From Octopus sinensis (lineage: Eukaryota): a stretch of 64,000 bases of DNA. This document shows positions 23,876 to 37,427 of the stretch, piece after piece. Made by a program: the position numbers and the translations under genes. Location: assembly GCF_006345805.1 (NCBI RefSeq), contig NC_043009.1, positions 35,402,001-35,466,000 of the forward strand. Reading direction: 5' to 3'. Under the pieces are notes generated by a model. It did no database searches. It worked only from the letters and a program-made list of their open reading frames with translations, and had not been told where the DNA came from. Each line of letters begins with the position of its first letter. Positions within the stretch are counted from its first letter, which is position 1.

Positions 23876-26125
23876 CTAAAAGAAGTAACCGGTGTTGCCC
23901 AGGTTAAAGGTCATAATGAGATTTTATTAAAAATATTGATATGCGAGTTGTTTCTTAATGATTATTGTGATTAGTGATTCTAACATTACTGGCATAACAA
24001 ATTTTGTGTGTTCAACAACAATAGCATACTTGAAATAGAAATCACATAAAAGCAATTTATGATAAAACGTCTTTATATACAACATTATGTGTTTTTCTCA
24101 GTCGAGTATAAATGAAAACATCTTTTGAACTTCCAGCACGTCAGTATCCAACATACAATTGTCCACGAGAGAGCCAAAGCTTTTCTAATTGCAAACCAGT
24201 TACTGATAATGTCTGTCCTTGCGATTTTTTGATGGATGTTGCAAAACTTAGTCTAGCTGGGAACTGTACTCTTTTAAATTGTTCTGGAAAATCAGTTGGT
24301 ATTAATGGAAGTCTAGTAATGAATACATTACAAGCTTCTATAACACGTGGCATTATTTTCTTCACAATGAGTTTTACTTTATTGTAGAAGCTTAGAGGAT
24401 CTAAATTTCTTAGAAGCATTATAAGTACTCCAACTTTCAAGTCAAGCGTATGAGAGGTAAACCAGATGGTTCCGGTGAGCTTAAAATCTCAACTAGATAA
24501 TTAGCTACTTGTGATTGGTCAACAACAGTTACAATAGCTCTAAATGATTGGCAATTTCCAAGAAGGCAGATTAAAGTTTATTGCGCTTACTGTTATATTT
24601 CTCGGTGCGTGAATTGCCCTTTTACTCAACCGTTTCCAATCCTTATATTATGCATTGAAATTTTGGAAGATTTTGTTCATAAGTTCTTTTTCTGATTTCA
24701 CCATTGTGCAAATAGGTGATGGATGTATTGCACCTTCATTGTCTACATGTACTCTTACTTCTCCCAGTTTTAATAAATCTTTGGCAAACCACTCAACTAA
24801 TCAATGACCATGAAGATATGATCGCATATTGGTTTCATGCTTCAGTAAGTTTATGCAGTGGCAGAAGTATGATGATTTAAAGCATTATCGAATTCCATCA
24901 GATTTATTTCCCTTTGGAGTAACTGTGTTTGTCTAAAGTCACCAGATGGAACAACTGTCACTCCTCAACCTATTGGAGCATCATTATTTCAATTATCTCG
25001 CAATGACTAATCAACTGCTTCAACAGCTCTCTTATGTGCCATTCTACATTCATCCCATATTAACAATTGACATCTGAGAATTTCAGCTATTCTTGGATTC
25101 GTGCTGATATTGCACAGAAGAATATCATTACACCATATATCCAATGGTAGTTTGAGCCAAAAGTAGTTTTATAACAAATGTCTTTCCACTTCAACCTTGT
25201 GCATCGAGAAAGAATATTTTACCCTTCTCGTGCCTAATGTTGTCAACAACTACTTCATATGCTTCTCTTTGATTTGGAAGTAACTTTTCATCATTTTCTT
25301 TCACATATTCTGTCAAATCATCAATGTCGTAATTTGCCTCTCTGAACAATTCAGATGTTAGTCTGTTTTCATTGCCACAAGTAACTTTAGGAAGTCCGAA
25401 ATTCTGGAGCACTTTTCCTCCAATAGCCAATAGTTTGTCTTCTATGTTGACAATTTGACAAATCTTGTTCATGGAAGAAATTTGAACTAAAGGTTCTGAG
25501 GCATCGTCTTGATGTAGATTGTAATTAAATGCAACAAAATCCAATCGGCAACGTTCTTAAATCGTAAAACTTATGTTCTTGTTATCGTTTCACCTAAACT
25601 TTGAGTTGTTTGCACTTCAGTTTCTTCATGCCGATTTTGAGCTGCTCTAATTCTCACCATTTGCTTTCTTGATGATTTTCGTACAGCTGATTCCTGTTGA
25701 CGAATAGTTGCTTTCATTGTCCTATTATCAGTAAATCTATTTGACCATTGTACTTCTGATTCATTTTGCCTATATTGCATTGTTCGTTTTCTTTGTTTTT
25801 GGGGTCTCTTTTGTTGCTGCTCTACATTTTCAATCCTCCTCTGTAGCTGCATTGCCCTAGCTCCATGAGACTTTTTTTTCCAAATGAAGGACTATTCTTC
25901 GGTGGCATTTTTTGCTTGCAGTTTACAATGTCACTATTTACACTTTAAAATTCTTCTATACAAAACTTCACCTCAAAAAATGAAAATACGAATCATGTTA
26001 AAACTTGCCATGAAAGGTCCTTACAGTGCCGTATCAACTGTCCAATACCAACTCACTGCTATGTGTTCACTCACTGCTATGTGTTCACTCACTACTATAC
26101 ACACACACACACACTCATATATAGA
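23876..26125 (-). mobile_element. Internally deleted Helitron with both termini
   Basis: 5' end TCTATATATGAGTGTGTG at about 26125. 3' end has hairpin aacc(t)gg-gcaaca-ccggtt (23887-23905), then TTAG (degenerate CTAG, 23876-23879) followed by T. RepHel pseudogene lies inside. Confidence 0.85.
24100..25908 (-). pseudogene. Helitron RepHel remnant: basic N-terminus joined directly to a PIF1-like helicase, Rep (HUH) domain absent
   Basis: ATG at 25908 (MPPK...), R/Q-rich repeats (25571-25852), AFNYN...MNKIC fused to IEDKLLAIGGK.LQNFGLP. Walker A FFLDAQG*SGKT, Walker B WDEC, GDFRQ, TNMR, KVG..IMLLRNLDP, and QFPARLSFATSIKKSQGQTL...SRGQLYV. Confidence 0.92.
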
Positions 26126-26289
26126 GAGAGTGAGAGAGATAGAGAGAGAGGGGGATGGAGTATATCTGATGTCATTTGGCTATCATTTAGAACGTATTTT
26201 CTGTCTCTTCATATTAAGTCAACGAGAAAGTTGTGAATACACCCGCTAACACACGTCACACACGTCACACATATGCTGCATTACCTTCC

Positions 26290-26715
26290 ATTTATTCTTA
26301 GCAAACAACCCAAACCACGTTGAATGAGAACTGTCTCCTGCACTCGTGACCGGAGAAGGCCATTTTTGATCTTCCGGAACACTGTGCGCTCTAGGACTAA
26401 TTACATTTTGCATTTGCGGCTCCATTGGTGGCTAATGAGGGCGTGGAATTTAAGGAGCCAATGATAGGTCTTTGTTGCATAGTATCAACCACAGTTTCAT
26501 TCACAACTGACTCGTAGTTTAGGAGTTCAGAGAAGTATTCAATCCAGTGGCCTGCAATTCTCGTTGATTTAGTATATAGAGTAGAAGACTCTTTGGAAAG
26601 TAAAGACCCATAAACTTGCTTCATAATATGGTAAAGCTTCTTGCTGTCATTTTCATCAGCAGTACATTGAAGAACCTGGTCTCGAAAATCTTGCTATACT
26701 GTAGTATTTTGAATG
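26290..26715 (-). mobile_element. RTE-clade LINE remnant with large internal deletions
   Basis: FYHIMKQVYG...HWIEYFSELLN.ES.V....V..MQQRP (post-endonuclease linker of RTE ORF2), then an RSKMAFSGHECR-like C-terminus. Confidence 0.65.
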
Positions 26716-26725
26716 CTGGACAGTT

Positions 26726-26790
26726 TAAGGCAGTGCTCCAGCATGGCTGCAGTCAAATGACTGGAATAAGTGAAAGAATACGATAATAAA
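26726..26790 (+). mobile_element. Isolated SINE family A 3' tail
   Basis: aaggcagtgctccagcatggctgcagtcaaatgactggaataagtgaaag. Confidence 0.8.
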
Positions 26791-28613
26791 AGATACAAAC
26801 ATACACACACATCTGTAATTCCATTTTCTGATATTTATAGGAATAATTTATCGATATTTACCCCACATCAATCATACGAACATCATATTCACACCCACCT
26901 AACCGCCACCACCATCACTATAACCCTCACCGTCATACCATCACACCTCTATCATTATAATGATGATGATGATGATCATCATCATCATTACTACAAGTCT
27001 TCGAGGTATCTCATTTCTTTTGACATTTTTTTGTATAATTTGTAAGATACCTTAGTGACGAGTTTTTATTTGATATTAGTTTTTTTGGCGAAAGGGAGAT
27101 ACCGTCATAGTGATATTTATTTCAGAAGATTTATTTACAGTTTCGTTTTGAATCAGCGTGCCAGACTCTACATGGTTACTTGATATACTAGAAATAGCTG
27201 CCAAATCATCCCTCAAATTGCATCCTCCGCTCTGAAATTAAGCATATTTTAGACAAGATACAACTGGATATAGAACAATACAGATTGGCTAAGGTTGAAA
27301 TTTCATCGTCTATCTGCTCATCAGGACTAAAGACTAAACAACAAGAATAACCAAGCTAAAACTCTCTAATAAACAATTAGGAAGTTAACTTAATTAAAAT
27401 ATTGATTACTTTATGAAGGATGTATATAAAGTAGAACACTTCGTTGAACAGCAAAATTCAATAAAACACTATATGAAATACACTATATAGGAATTTTAGT
27501 TTATTAAATACCTTAGATATAACACTTTGTTCAGACACAGACCTGCGCTATGTTGTGAACGTATTCTGTACCAGTTATTCTTATAAACTGTAAGAAACAG
27601 AGGTGTGAGTCAATTGGGAGGAGAATAGCCATGGAAACAAGTGAGATTTTGAGGCTTATTTTCAGCTGATGGTCATCTACTTACCCTAAAGAATCGTATT
27701 GATGTTCATGAAATAACTAAATGAAATATTCTGAGAACACTACCAAAAACCTCGTCTTCTGTAACAATATAAAGGCCATAACATAACATTTTTCATCTAC
27801 TCAAATTTCAAACAAATTCCTATTGAAAAATAGATGCAAAACAGGAAGATTCTATTTCTTCTAAGCAACTCACAGCCTATTTCAGATGAGTTGTTGGAAC
27901 ATATCACTGGTTGAAAGAGAAATTGGCAATCAAAATCGATAGCGAATTCCTCACTTTCTATTTACAACGACAAAGTCAGGGTTCTGGTTCCTTGAAATAC
28001 AAAGTATGGCAGAACAGCTGAATACGAAATGCAAGGATGTCAAAGTATACTACGGTACAACATCTATATACAGAATGTAAATCTGTAGGATGAACATTGA
28101 ACATGAAATGAACATATAAATAAATGTAAAAAATCTGTATTGAGGGGTTTTATTCTAGAAAGCGACGTAAATAAAACATCTTAAAATTAAATAACTTTAC
28201 AAGAGTCAATTAAGAAGAACGCAAGCAGCAAAAGAGAAAGAGATATATAGCGAAGTACCTTAAGAATGCGAACTATTGGCAAGATAAGTTCAATTATAAA
28301 ACAAAAATGTGTATGTACCTCGAAAAACGACTTTCCACACTGTTAATTCTACAATTTGTAATGATATAGAAATGTAAGCCCTGTCAAAAGACCTAACAAG
28401 AAAGCTAAGGGCGTCACATTTTTACGACTGGTTTATGCTTAAAATATAATTGAGATTTACGGAGATGTACTTTCATAGTAAATGACCTGATCTGAGATCG
28501 TGTGCTGGAACGAAAAGAATTGTAGCATGGAAGGTGTATATGACCCATTTAAAAACACACAAAAACCGTTAGATTCCCTTCAACATTTAAATTTAATTTG
28601 CCAAAATATTTTC

Positions 28614-28846
28614 TATTTCTTTACTACCCACAAGGGGCTAAACACAGAGGGGACAAACAAGGACAGACAGACGGATTAAGTAGATTACATCGACCCCAGT
28701 GCGTAACTGGTACTTAATTTATCGACCTCGAAAGGATGAAAGGCAAAGTCGACCTCGGCGTAATTTGAACCCAGAACGTAACGGTAGACGAGATACGGCT
28801 ACGCATTTTGCTCAGCGTGTTAACGTTTCTGCCAGCTAGCCGCCTT
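28614..28846 (-). mobile_element. tRNA-derived SINE family B, full length, 18-bp perfect TSD
   Basis: A-box-like tggcagaaacgtt, B-box-like ggttcaaattac; TSD atttgccaaaatattttc at 28596-28613 and 28847-28864. Confidence 0.95.
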
Positions 28847-28944
28847 ATTTGCCAAAATATTTTCGTCGCTTTGAGATTGCGACCTGTTCACTGGCAAAAT
28901 TCCGAGCTGCATCTGAGAAAGTAACAGTTAGTTCATGATATATA

Positions 28945-29065
28945 AGTACGTATCTATGTGTGTGTGTGTATGTATGTATGTATGTATGTATGTATGTATG
29001 TATGCATGTATGTATGTATGTATGTATGTATGTATGTATGTATGTATGTATGCATGTATGTCTGT
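28945..29065 (+). repeat. (TATG)n microsatellite
   Basis: Direct reading. Confidence 0.95.
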
Positions 29066-30226
29066 GTACATGTATGTGTGTATGCATATGTGTACATGCG
29101 TATGCACGTATGCATATGTGTAAATGCGTATGCATGTGCGCATGCCTAAACGCATGTATGTATATATGTACATATGTATGTACGTGAGTATCTATGTAAG
29201 TTTGTAAACGTGTCTGTGTGTGAGCACATGTGTATGTACATGTGAACGTATGTTTATGCGCTATGTGTCTGTCCAAGTTGTATACATGACTGTTACTTTG
29301 TTGAAGGTTGTATACACACACATACATACATATGCATATATATAGGCACACACATATATATGTGTGTGTGTGTGTGTGTGCGTTTGTCCCTCTCACCACC
29401 GTCTTACGGTGAATGGATGCAACGTTTTAAATACACATATGCAAATATAACCATACTTATACATATACACATGTACACACAATCGTATAGACACTTACAC
29501 ACAAAAATACGTATAATCTTAAAGTATACACACATATACGCTTATCGATCTATACATATTTGTATGACTATTTTCGCGGAAATGGGTTAAAATTCAAATT
29601 TGCCTGTTTTCAATTTATAATATTTTTTAAAATTAATTAATTTATTTATTACACACATATACATATACAATACATACATATATCTACACACATACTCATA
29701 CATGCATGCATGTATATGCTCATACACTCACATACTCACACATCACACACACACACACACACACAACACACAAGACATACACACACATACATCTACACAT
29801 ACGTATTAAACTATGTACGCTTATACAGTTATATAATTGAGAGTTCTTTCAAAAGCTAACTATAAAATGGATCCGGAATAAATAAACCCAAATAGTATTC
29901 TTTATTTTCAATAGCATTTGTTATTTCTTATAATCTTCAACTGGAGTTGGGTTGACCATAGATAACAAGTGACAACTGGTGACCGAAAAAAATGACAGAT
30001 TCGGTTCCTAGTAATTGAGCATAAGAAAAAACACCCTACACACACACTCTCTCATTCTTTCTCTCTCTTTGTTCCTCGCTCACTTCCTTCTTTTTTACTC
30101 CCTCACTCTTTCTCTCTCTTTTTCCTTCTCTCACTCCCCCCTCTCTCTCTCTCTCCCACTCTCAATTTCTCACACACGCATATAGAAATGTTACTTTGTT
30201 AGAAACAAAAGCAACAGTGTAATATT

Positions 30227-30459
30227 TATTTCTTTATTGCCCGCAGGAGGCTAACGCAGACGAAACAAACAAAGACTGACAAAAGGATTAAGCCGATTAC
30301 ATCGACCCCAGTGCATAACTGGTACTTATTTAATCGACCCCGAAAGGATGAAAGGCAAAGTCAACCTTGGTGGAATTTGAACGCAGAACGTAACAGTAGA
30401 TGAAATATCGCTATGTAGTTCGCCCGGCGTGCTAACCATTCTGCCAGCTCACCGCCCTA
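30227..30459 (-). mobile_element. tRNA-derived SINE family B, full length, 15-bp TSD with 1 mismatch
   Basis: Homologous to 28614-28846; TSD caacagYgtaatatt at 30212-30226 and 30460-30474. Confidence 0.92.
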
Positions 30460-31858
30460 CAACAGCGTAATATTAAATTTGCTCCAAAGTTGTTAAGTTT
30501 ACGTGCACAGTTCGAATATTCTGGTTGGCTTCTCTCACAAGAGTGATCAACGTTTATCTGCATTACAACCATCCCCGAGTGAACTGAACAAATAACATAG
30601 TGGTGGTTGGTGCAATTGGATGTGATGTTGCCTTGCTCACAGGAATTTAAATTAGTGCTGAAGGTTAACTAAATGTTTTTAGAGAGTATTATGCAACAAA
30701 TTTGAAGCAAAGGGAAATAGGTTGCGTCAACCACCAAACGTGAGACGAGCAATAAACATGCAATACATGCTGAAGAGAAAGAAGTGCTTGAGATGCACAG
30801 AGGCAGTAATAAGGTCGAAGATTGTGATGAAAAGACGTTGACAAATTAATTGAATAACCGTCAACGCATTGATTATTTAACTAGACGGCAAGAAAACTGA
30901 AGTGAAACATGATGGGTGTATGTGTTTCTAATGGTAGTATGAACTACAAAAAAATCAACAATATGCATTTTCCCATCAAGAATCTTGCAAAAGAAATACA
31001 GAATTGAAATGATAGGAAAAATCGAGCTTGTTCAGGTGATCCTCTTCACAAACGATTCTATCGTACATGTCTTGTATAGCCACATGTTATTCTTCTTTTA
31101 CGTGTATCCTTATAAAAGTATCGGCACTCCATGATTTTACCCAAGAGGAATTTGAAACCTAATAGCCGCGATTACGATATAAGTCAGAAACTGATTGGCA
31201 AATTCCATTCGCCAATACAACTTTAAATCTTTTCCATCAGATTTAGAGTAAAACAATGTTTTACCTAAAGATGCTGGAAAAAGGAAAAGAATTACTTTCA
31301 CCCGATATTGAAACTTGCAAAAGAAGCCTATAACAACTCTATAACGTTCATCAGCGAATGTTTGAAGCATTGATTTCTTTTTTACTGAGGCCAAGAGCTT
31401 CCATATTTTGGCGATAAAAAGTAAAGAAATGCAGAAATTGTCACAATCATATGTTTTAAATTCAGAATCTCAACTACACCAGAGACCTAGTTAGCTGTTC
31501 TTCAGTTAATGTAACGTGATATTTCCATCGTTGCGTAAAATTCACCAGAAAACTTTCTAGGCGAACTTCTATATTCAAATGTAAGAGAAATCATGATATG
31601 ATAAATATATAATTTTATATAACAAAAAGTATTTTAAAGAAAGCTGACGCAATAGAATAATAGAGACTATTCCGATTAAATGTATTATACATTACCATTT
31701 ATAATCTAGTGCAATCTTGGTTCAGTGAGTTTTATAGCTTGAGTAATCTTTCATTCGGAGAAGAAAACATTAGAAATTTCTGCAAAAGCAAAAAAAGAAA
31801 AAAATATGTATGTTAACTATTTACCATATATATACATGTATGTTAGTTTTATACAGAC

Positions 31859-31922
<64 letters not shown>

Positions 31923-32053
31923 ATATATATATATGTTAACTATTTACCATATATATATATACATATACCTTACATACTAATCAATGAAATTAAAACAGGC
32001 TGATTTTCAGGTTTTATTATTTGTATTTTTTTACAATTTAACAATACTGAAAT

Positions 32054-32091
32054 AAACTAATATTTTCATGCGTTGCGCAGTCATCAGATTT
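32054..32091 (-). ncRNA. Minimal type-I hammerhead ribozyme motif
   Basis: aaat-CTGATGA-c-tgcg[caa]cgca-t-GAAA-atat-TA-gttt. Canonical core, 4-bp stems I and II, palindromic stem III AATATT. Confidence 0.75.
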
Positions 32092-32148
32092 ATATAGTGA
32101 CAATCGTGTTCCATAGTTCACAACTGTGGAACACGACTGCCACTACAT

Positions 32149-32186
32149 AAACCTGATGATTGCGTAACGGATGAAAGTACTAGTCT
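32149..32186 (+). ncRNA. Minimal type-I hammerhead ribozyme motif
   Basis: aaac-CTGATGA-t-tgcg[taa]cgga-t-GAAA-gtac-TA-gtct. Canonical core, palindromic stem III AGTACT, one mismatch each in stems I and II. Confidence 0.7.
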
Positions 32187-34258
32187 ATTTCAATATTGTA
32201 AAATTGTAAAATCGTAAAAATTGCAAACAATAAAACATAAAAACCAGGCTAAGATGGAATTTAATATATTCTTCTATACACAGTCATACAAACTCTTATA
32301 TATATGTATTTATGGGTATATATACATGTGTGTGTGTGTGTGTGTATGCGTGTGTGTATCTGTGTGGATATGTGTATGTATATTCATATGCATACATACA
32401 TGCATATATATATAGAAATACATATATACGTAGAGATGCATACAGGAGCACAGTCTCACATTAGTAGAATATATACACACAACTGTATGTGTGTGTGTGT
32501 GCGTCTGTGTATGTTTTATATCACAGTACTCGAAAATTTCTCATCGTTTATTAGTCTGGAGGCTAATGTATATTGGTACATTTCTCTATCAACAATAAGC
32601 ATTGAAGCCTCACAAATGTCATCAATCATTTCCTTGAGTGAAAAGAGAAAGAAAGCTTTCTAAACCACATAATGAAACAATATCTATCTTTAGAAATACT
32701 TTAATCATATTGACTTTAATCGAGCTTTTAAAGATTGGTTTTGTTATTCATAAAATTGATATTAAATGTAACCTCTTGTGGATGTATGTATGTATGTATC
32801 CATGCACATACACAGACACACATACACGTATACATGCACACTCGTTTAGCCAGACATGATGCATACGTTTTGCAAACTAAAATTTAACGTTAAAATAAAA
32901 CTAGTAATTTTCAGTCTGTTCTGTTTTATGGAGTTTTATATTTTTTTTCTTTAAATTCTATTTTAGTTTTTCTCTAATTCGTATTATTTGTTCAATTTAA
33001 TTTCTAAGTTTTGAAATAAATATAAACTGAATGACTTTTTCGATTCTATAAATCGAGATTTGCTTTAATAATTTTCGAATCCCACTTTAAAAGACAAATA
33101 TTTTCATGCTTACCTAGCAATTCAATTTTCATAATTTCCTGAAATTCTATTCACACAACTTACAAAAGTCAAACGGATTTTGGAACCAGGCATCTTTATT
33201 TGTATTTTATTTTTGTTCGAGCAACTTGCAATGTGTAGCAGCCAGGTAAACGCTCCTTCGTTGGCCCATTGTGCTTTCGAAATTAAGTGATTGTGAGAGA
33301 AATCTTTGCCTTTGTATATGATACCTGGAACTTATCTATCAGTAGTATGTGAATGCGTCGGAAGAATACACTCAGTATTTTCAGTACTATTTCAAGGAAT
33401 GATTCATGGCACATACCGAAAAATACAAAACAAGTTAACGTGAGGATTTTTCTCCAAATACATGACACATCGTTGGCCACCGAGCCAATGTGTCACGAAC
33501 TCCCGATACAAAGATGTATACGAGCATATTTTATTCCCTCAGTCATTTTATCCATTTACGCTCGTCTTGATTATAGGAGGTGTATGATAGTCACAGTTGT
33601 CGTTTTTATGCAATATCTTCGAGAAATATAGTGGATGTTTGTCGAGACAAACAAACCAAGCATTTAAACTTAAATACATCAGAAAAGTAGTTTCATTTTG
33701 GGTCGTTTTGAGTTTACATCCGACCTGCATTTTTTTCTTTTTTTTCTTTTCTTTTTAAGCGAGTCTAGGTTTTGTTTGCTCAATCAGCTGAATGATATCA
33801 GTAATAAAATAATTGCTTCCATGACTAAACAAAAGCAGCGAAGCGTCGGATATATAAGAATAATAATGCCTTGCGGCATTTGTTCCTGTTCAAATGTCAA
33901 GTTTAACTTTGCCATTCCTTCCTCTTGAATCGATAAGTACTTATCAAGTATTAGATAAAATCTCTTCCCCTTTCTCTTTCTCCCTCTCCCCCTCTCTCTC
34001 AAATGCAGAAACTGTCCAACCCGGAAATAAAGAAAACAAAAGGATACCGAATAAAAGCAAAACTGAATTGATAGCCCCTACCTAGTTATTCAGTTTACTC
34101 GTAATAATAACCCAAATCTCCCTTAGATTGCACCCTAGCTCATCTTAAGAGAAGCAGGTAATATATCATAATGTAATGTTCTGTGTACAGAATCCTTTGT
34201 TCAGCATACTCGCTATTACCTGGAAAGGGTGAGGCAAACACATTACATACACACACAC

Positions 34259-34294
<36 letters not shown>

Positions 34295-35234
34295 GCGCGC
34301 GCGCACATACGCACGCACATACACTCATTCACACGCATACACACTAACACACACTAAGGAAGGCACAGAAATTCTTACAAGGCTATATATTTCTTATCAC
34401 ACGACCGGACTACATGTTGATAACTAGGGTTTGATATATAGCAGAGCTTCATCTAACCACGTAGGTTATAAATGCAGGGATACCGCAATCTTTAATTTCC
34501 TACCTTCAATCGATCTGAAGCCTTTAAATGGCCACAGAATTTATAATCTTATAATAACAAGATTATAATTCCTCTCGCCACAAGAGTACGCCTTATCAAA
34601 ACTATTTTGTTTCATTCGTTATCACCTCAACTATACATGGAAGTTAGTTTCCAAATGTGTTAAAAGACAGAAGAAAAATGGTGGCGTGTGAATAAGCATA
34701 AGAGAAAGATACAAAGTGAACATTTTAGCTGGATTTTGATTTAGTAGGTTCTTCATTTGAAAGGCAACCAACCACTGTGAATAATTCCTTTTAAATAGAT
34801 TTGTCCATTGTATATAGACATTATATATTTGATGTCTTTCATCTGCAGAGAAAATTGGTAAATTTCACATCCCCGTTGTGTATGTTCAATAGACTTTAAT
34901 CTTTCCTTTACTTGAGGGAGATCTTTTTGCTTTATTCTTCTTCTGTTGTTTACTTTAATTTTCCTTTATTTCATTTTTGTTTCATCACTCGCCACTCTCT
35001 CTTATGTAGCATTATATATATATATATATATATATATCATATTATATCATATTATATCATATCATATCATACCATTTCATAATAATAATTTTATAAAAAA
35101 TAAAGTAAAATGTACGGTTACTCAACAATAATGAATGATACTGATTTAAGACGATGATGATGATGATGCGAAGTTGCTGCCGTTGTTTCTTTATATGTCT
35201 GCATAGCAACATTGGTGGCATTTTGAAATTGGAG

Positions 35235-36512
35235 AGACCGAACCTTGTAATTCCTTTGCTGACCTTAAAAAGTCAGACAAATGTTCGGTTTTCCGGCCCA
35301 CATCATCCTTCCTCTTTCTCTGGATCTGGCAACTCCTCTCACTCCTCTTCGCTGGCAGACTTAGTAAACTCTAACAAATCGCAAACTGTCAAGGTTTCAG
35401 AGTGGACATTGATGCGGTTGTTGACCTCATCTTTCGTGGTGTCGACAAAACTTTCGCGACCAAGTACCTTTGTAAAGGTCACCTCGTTGTTGACAGCCAC
35501 GTGCTGAATATCTTAAGGTGAGAAGCGCTCGCAATCCTGAACACACTCTGACCATACCTTCTTCCAGTATGTGATGAGGGTTTGTTTTATCATGTCTTTA
35601 AGAGCAGCATGGATGAATGACAGGCACGTTGCGAGCGTGAAATTAAAGAACTCCTTTAACTTGAAATTCTCGTCCTAATACATTGCGCCCACAAGGTGTT
35701 GGAGAGAGTTCCGAGTGTAAATTGCCTTGAAAGCACGGATTACGCCTTGGTCCATAGGCTGGTTGAGGGAGGTAGTGTTAGTAATGAGGAACTCGATTTG
35801 GGATCACTCGTGATTCAAATCCAAAGAGTGACCACCAACATTATCCATAACAAGCAACACCTTGCATTCCGTGCATACGTTTTGGACGTAGTCGCTGGTT
35901 TGAGGGATGAAGCATTTGTGGAACCAATTCAACGTTAGACTTTTGATAATCTAGGCATTGGGGTTGTACATCCAGTGGACAGGCAACAGGATTTTATTAT
36001 TATTATTGAAGGCCTTCGTGGACTTGTAGATAAATCCTGGTTTCATCATGAAGCCAGCAACATTGCCACACATAATTAGCGTCACTCTGTCCTTCTGTGC
36101 TTTAAATCCTGGGACTCTGGCTTCGCCCTTCATGATGTACGTTCTGGAAGGCATCTTCTTCCAAAACAAGCCAGTCTCGACCATATTGAAAATCTGTTCT
36201 GGCTTGTATCCCTCGTACTCGATGATCTGCCTGAAGGTATCAAGGTACTTCTCGGCGGCTTCTTTGTCGGCTGATGCTGTCCCTCCTTGCAGCGAAAGAG
36301 ATTTTATTTAAAACCGTTTCTGGAAACAGACAATCCCTTGCTGGCTTGAATATCTTCGGGCTCTGGTACAGTCAATGGTCTTGGTTGCGGTCCTTCGATG
36401 TCTTCTGCTACGCCTCCACTGTCGAACTGCTGGCATAATAACCGTGCTTTCTCACGGATGATGTTACCACTCAGGGGACGTTTTTCTTCTGCCAAGCAGA
36501 TTCCACCGTCCA
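35235..36512 (-). mobile_element. pogo/Tigger-family DNA transposon, transposase pseudogene
   Basis: HTH region PLSGNIIREKAR...ASKG; DDE_1 region ETGLFWKKMPSRTYI...PGFKAQKDRVTLIMCGNVAG..MKP...LPVHW; further QPMDQGVIRAFKA. Multiple frameshifts; no TIRs found. Confidence 0.92.
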
Positions 36513-36517
36513 TCTAA

Positions 36518-36561
<44 letters not shown>

Positions 36562-37029
36562 TTTAACTACAATAAGAGGTTGTCATTGAGAGACAAATAC
36601 AGCGAGGGAGAAAGAGAGAGTGTGTGTGTATATGTGTGTGTGTGTGTATGTGTGAATGTGTGTGTGTGTGTGTGTGTTGTGTGTGAGTAAAATATACAGA
36701 GACATCGCTATACTAATTATAAAGCTTTGGTTGAAAGCAGAAATAAGAGATACAACATACAGTGAACTTGTATCTAAAATAATCAAGTTACGTGATGCGT
36801 GGCTATTCTAATCAGAGGGAATTTAGCTGTATATACGTTTTGATACCACTTCGTATGTCGCTTTCTGAACGTGCGTAGTTATTTACTTGATTTATATATG
36901 TACGTATTTATGCACGTGTGTACGGCTGTGCGTGTACGTGTATGCATTAGTATATTTTGCACTTCTTTTCTCACATCCCATCTAAATATATATGTATATA
37001 TGTGTATATATATATATAATATATATATA

Positions 37030-37080
<51 letters not shown>

Positions 37081-37427
37081 TATACATATATATATATACA
37101 TATATATGCGTGTTTATATGTATGTGCTTATATTTCTAATTTATATAAATTCCCTCATATACATGTGCACGCATCTGTGAGTGTGTGTAAATACGCACAA
37201 TTTTTCCTGTGTTTATATACTTAATTACGTATTAATTATTTAACGGGACAAGTGGCAAACAATTTGAAAAATATGCAATTGTTGTTACCGTTCGTTTTAT
37301 AAATTTTTTCTTTAACAATCCGGCAAAATATCACCAGTTATATAAATCCACTACTCAAATTGTAACTAGTTTTATAAGAGCCAACACACGAACTTCTCGG
37401 CCCCCGAGTGACTCTGGTGCTTTTGGA

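Larger units (their letters stand above)
31998..32250. repeat. Fold-back palindrome (3-nt loop at 32119-32121) with a hammerhead in each arm
   Basis: Core arms 32029-32118 and 32122-32211 differ at about 13 of 90 positions, mostly transitions. Homology extends about 30 bp further with an indel. Confidence 0.9.

Noticed and set aside
27300-27330. Minus-strand CTGATGA…GAAA
   Set aside because: Stems I, II and III do not pair.
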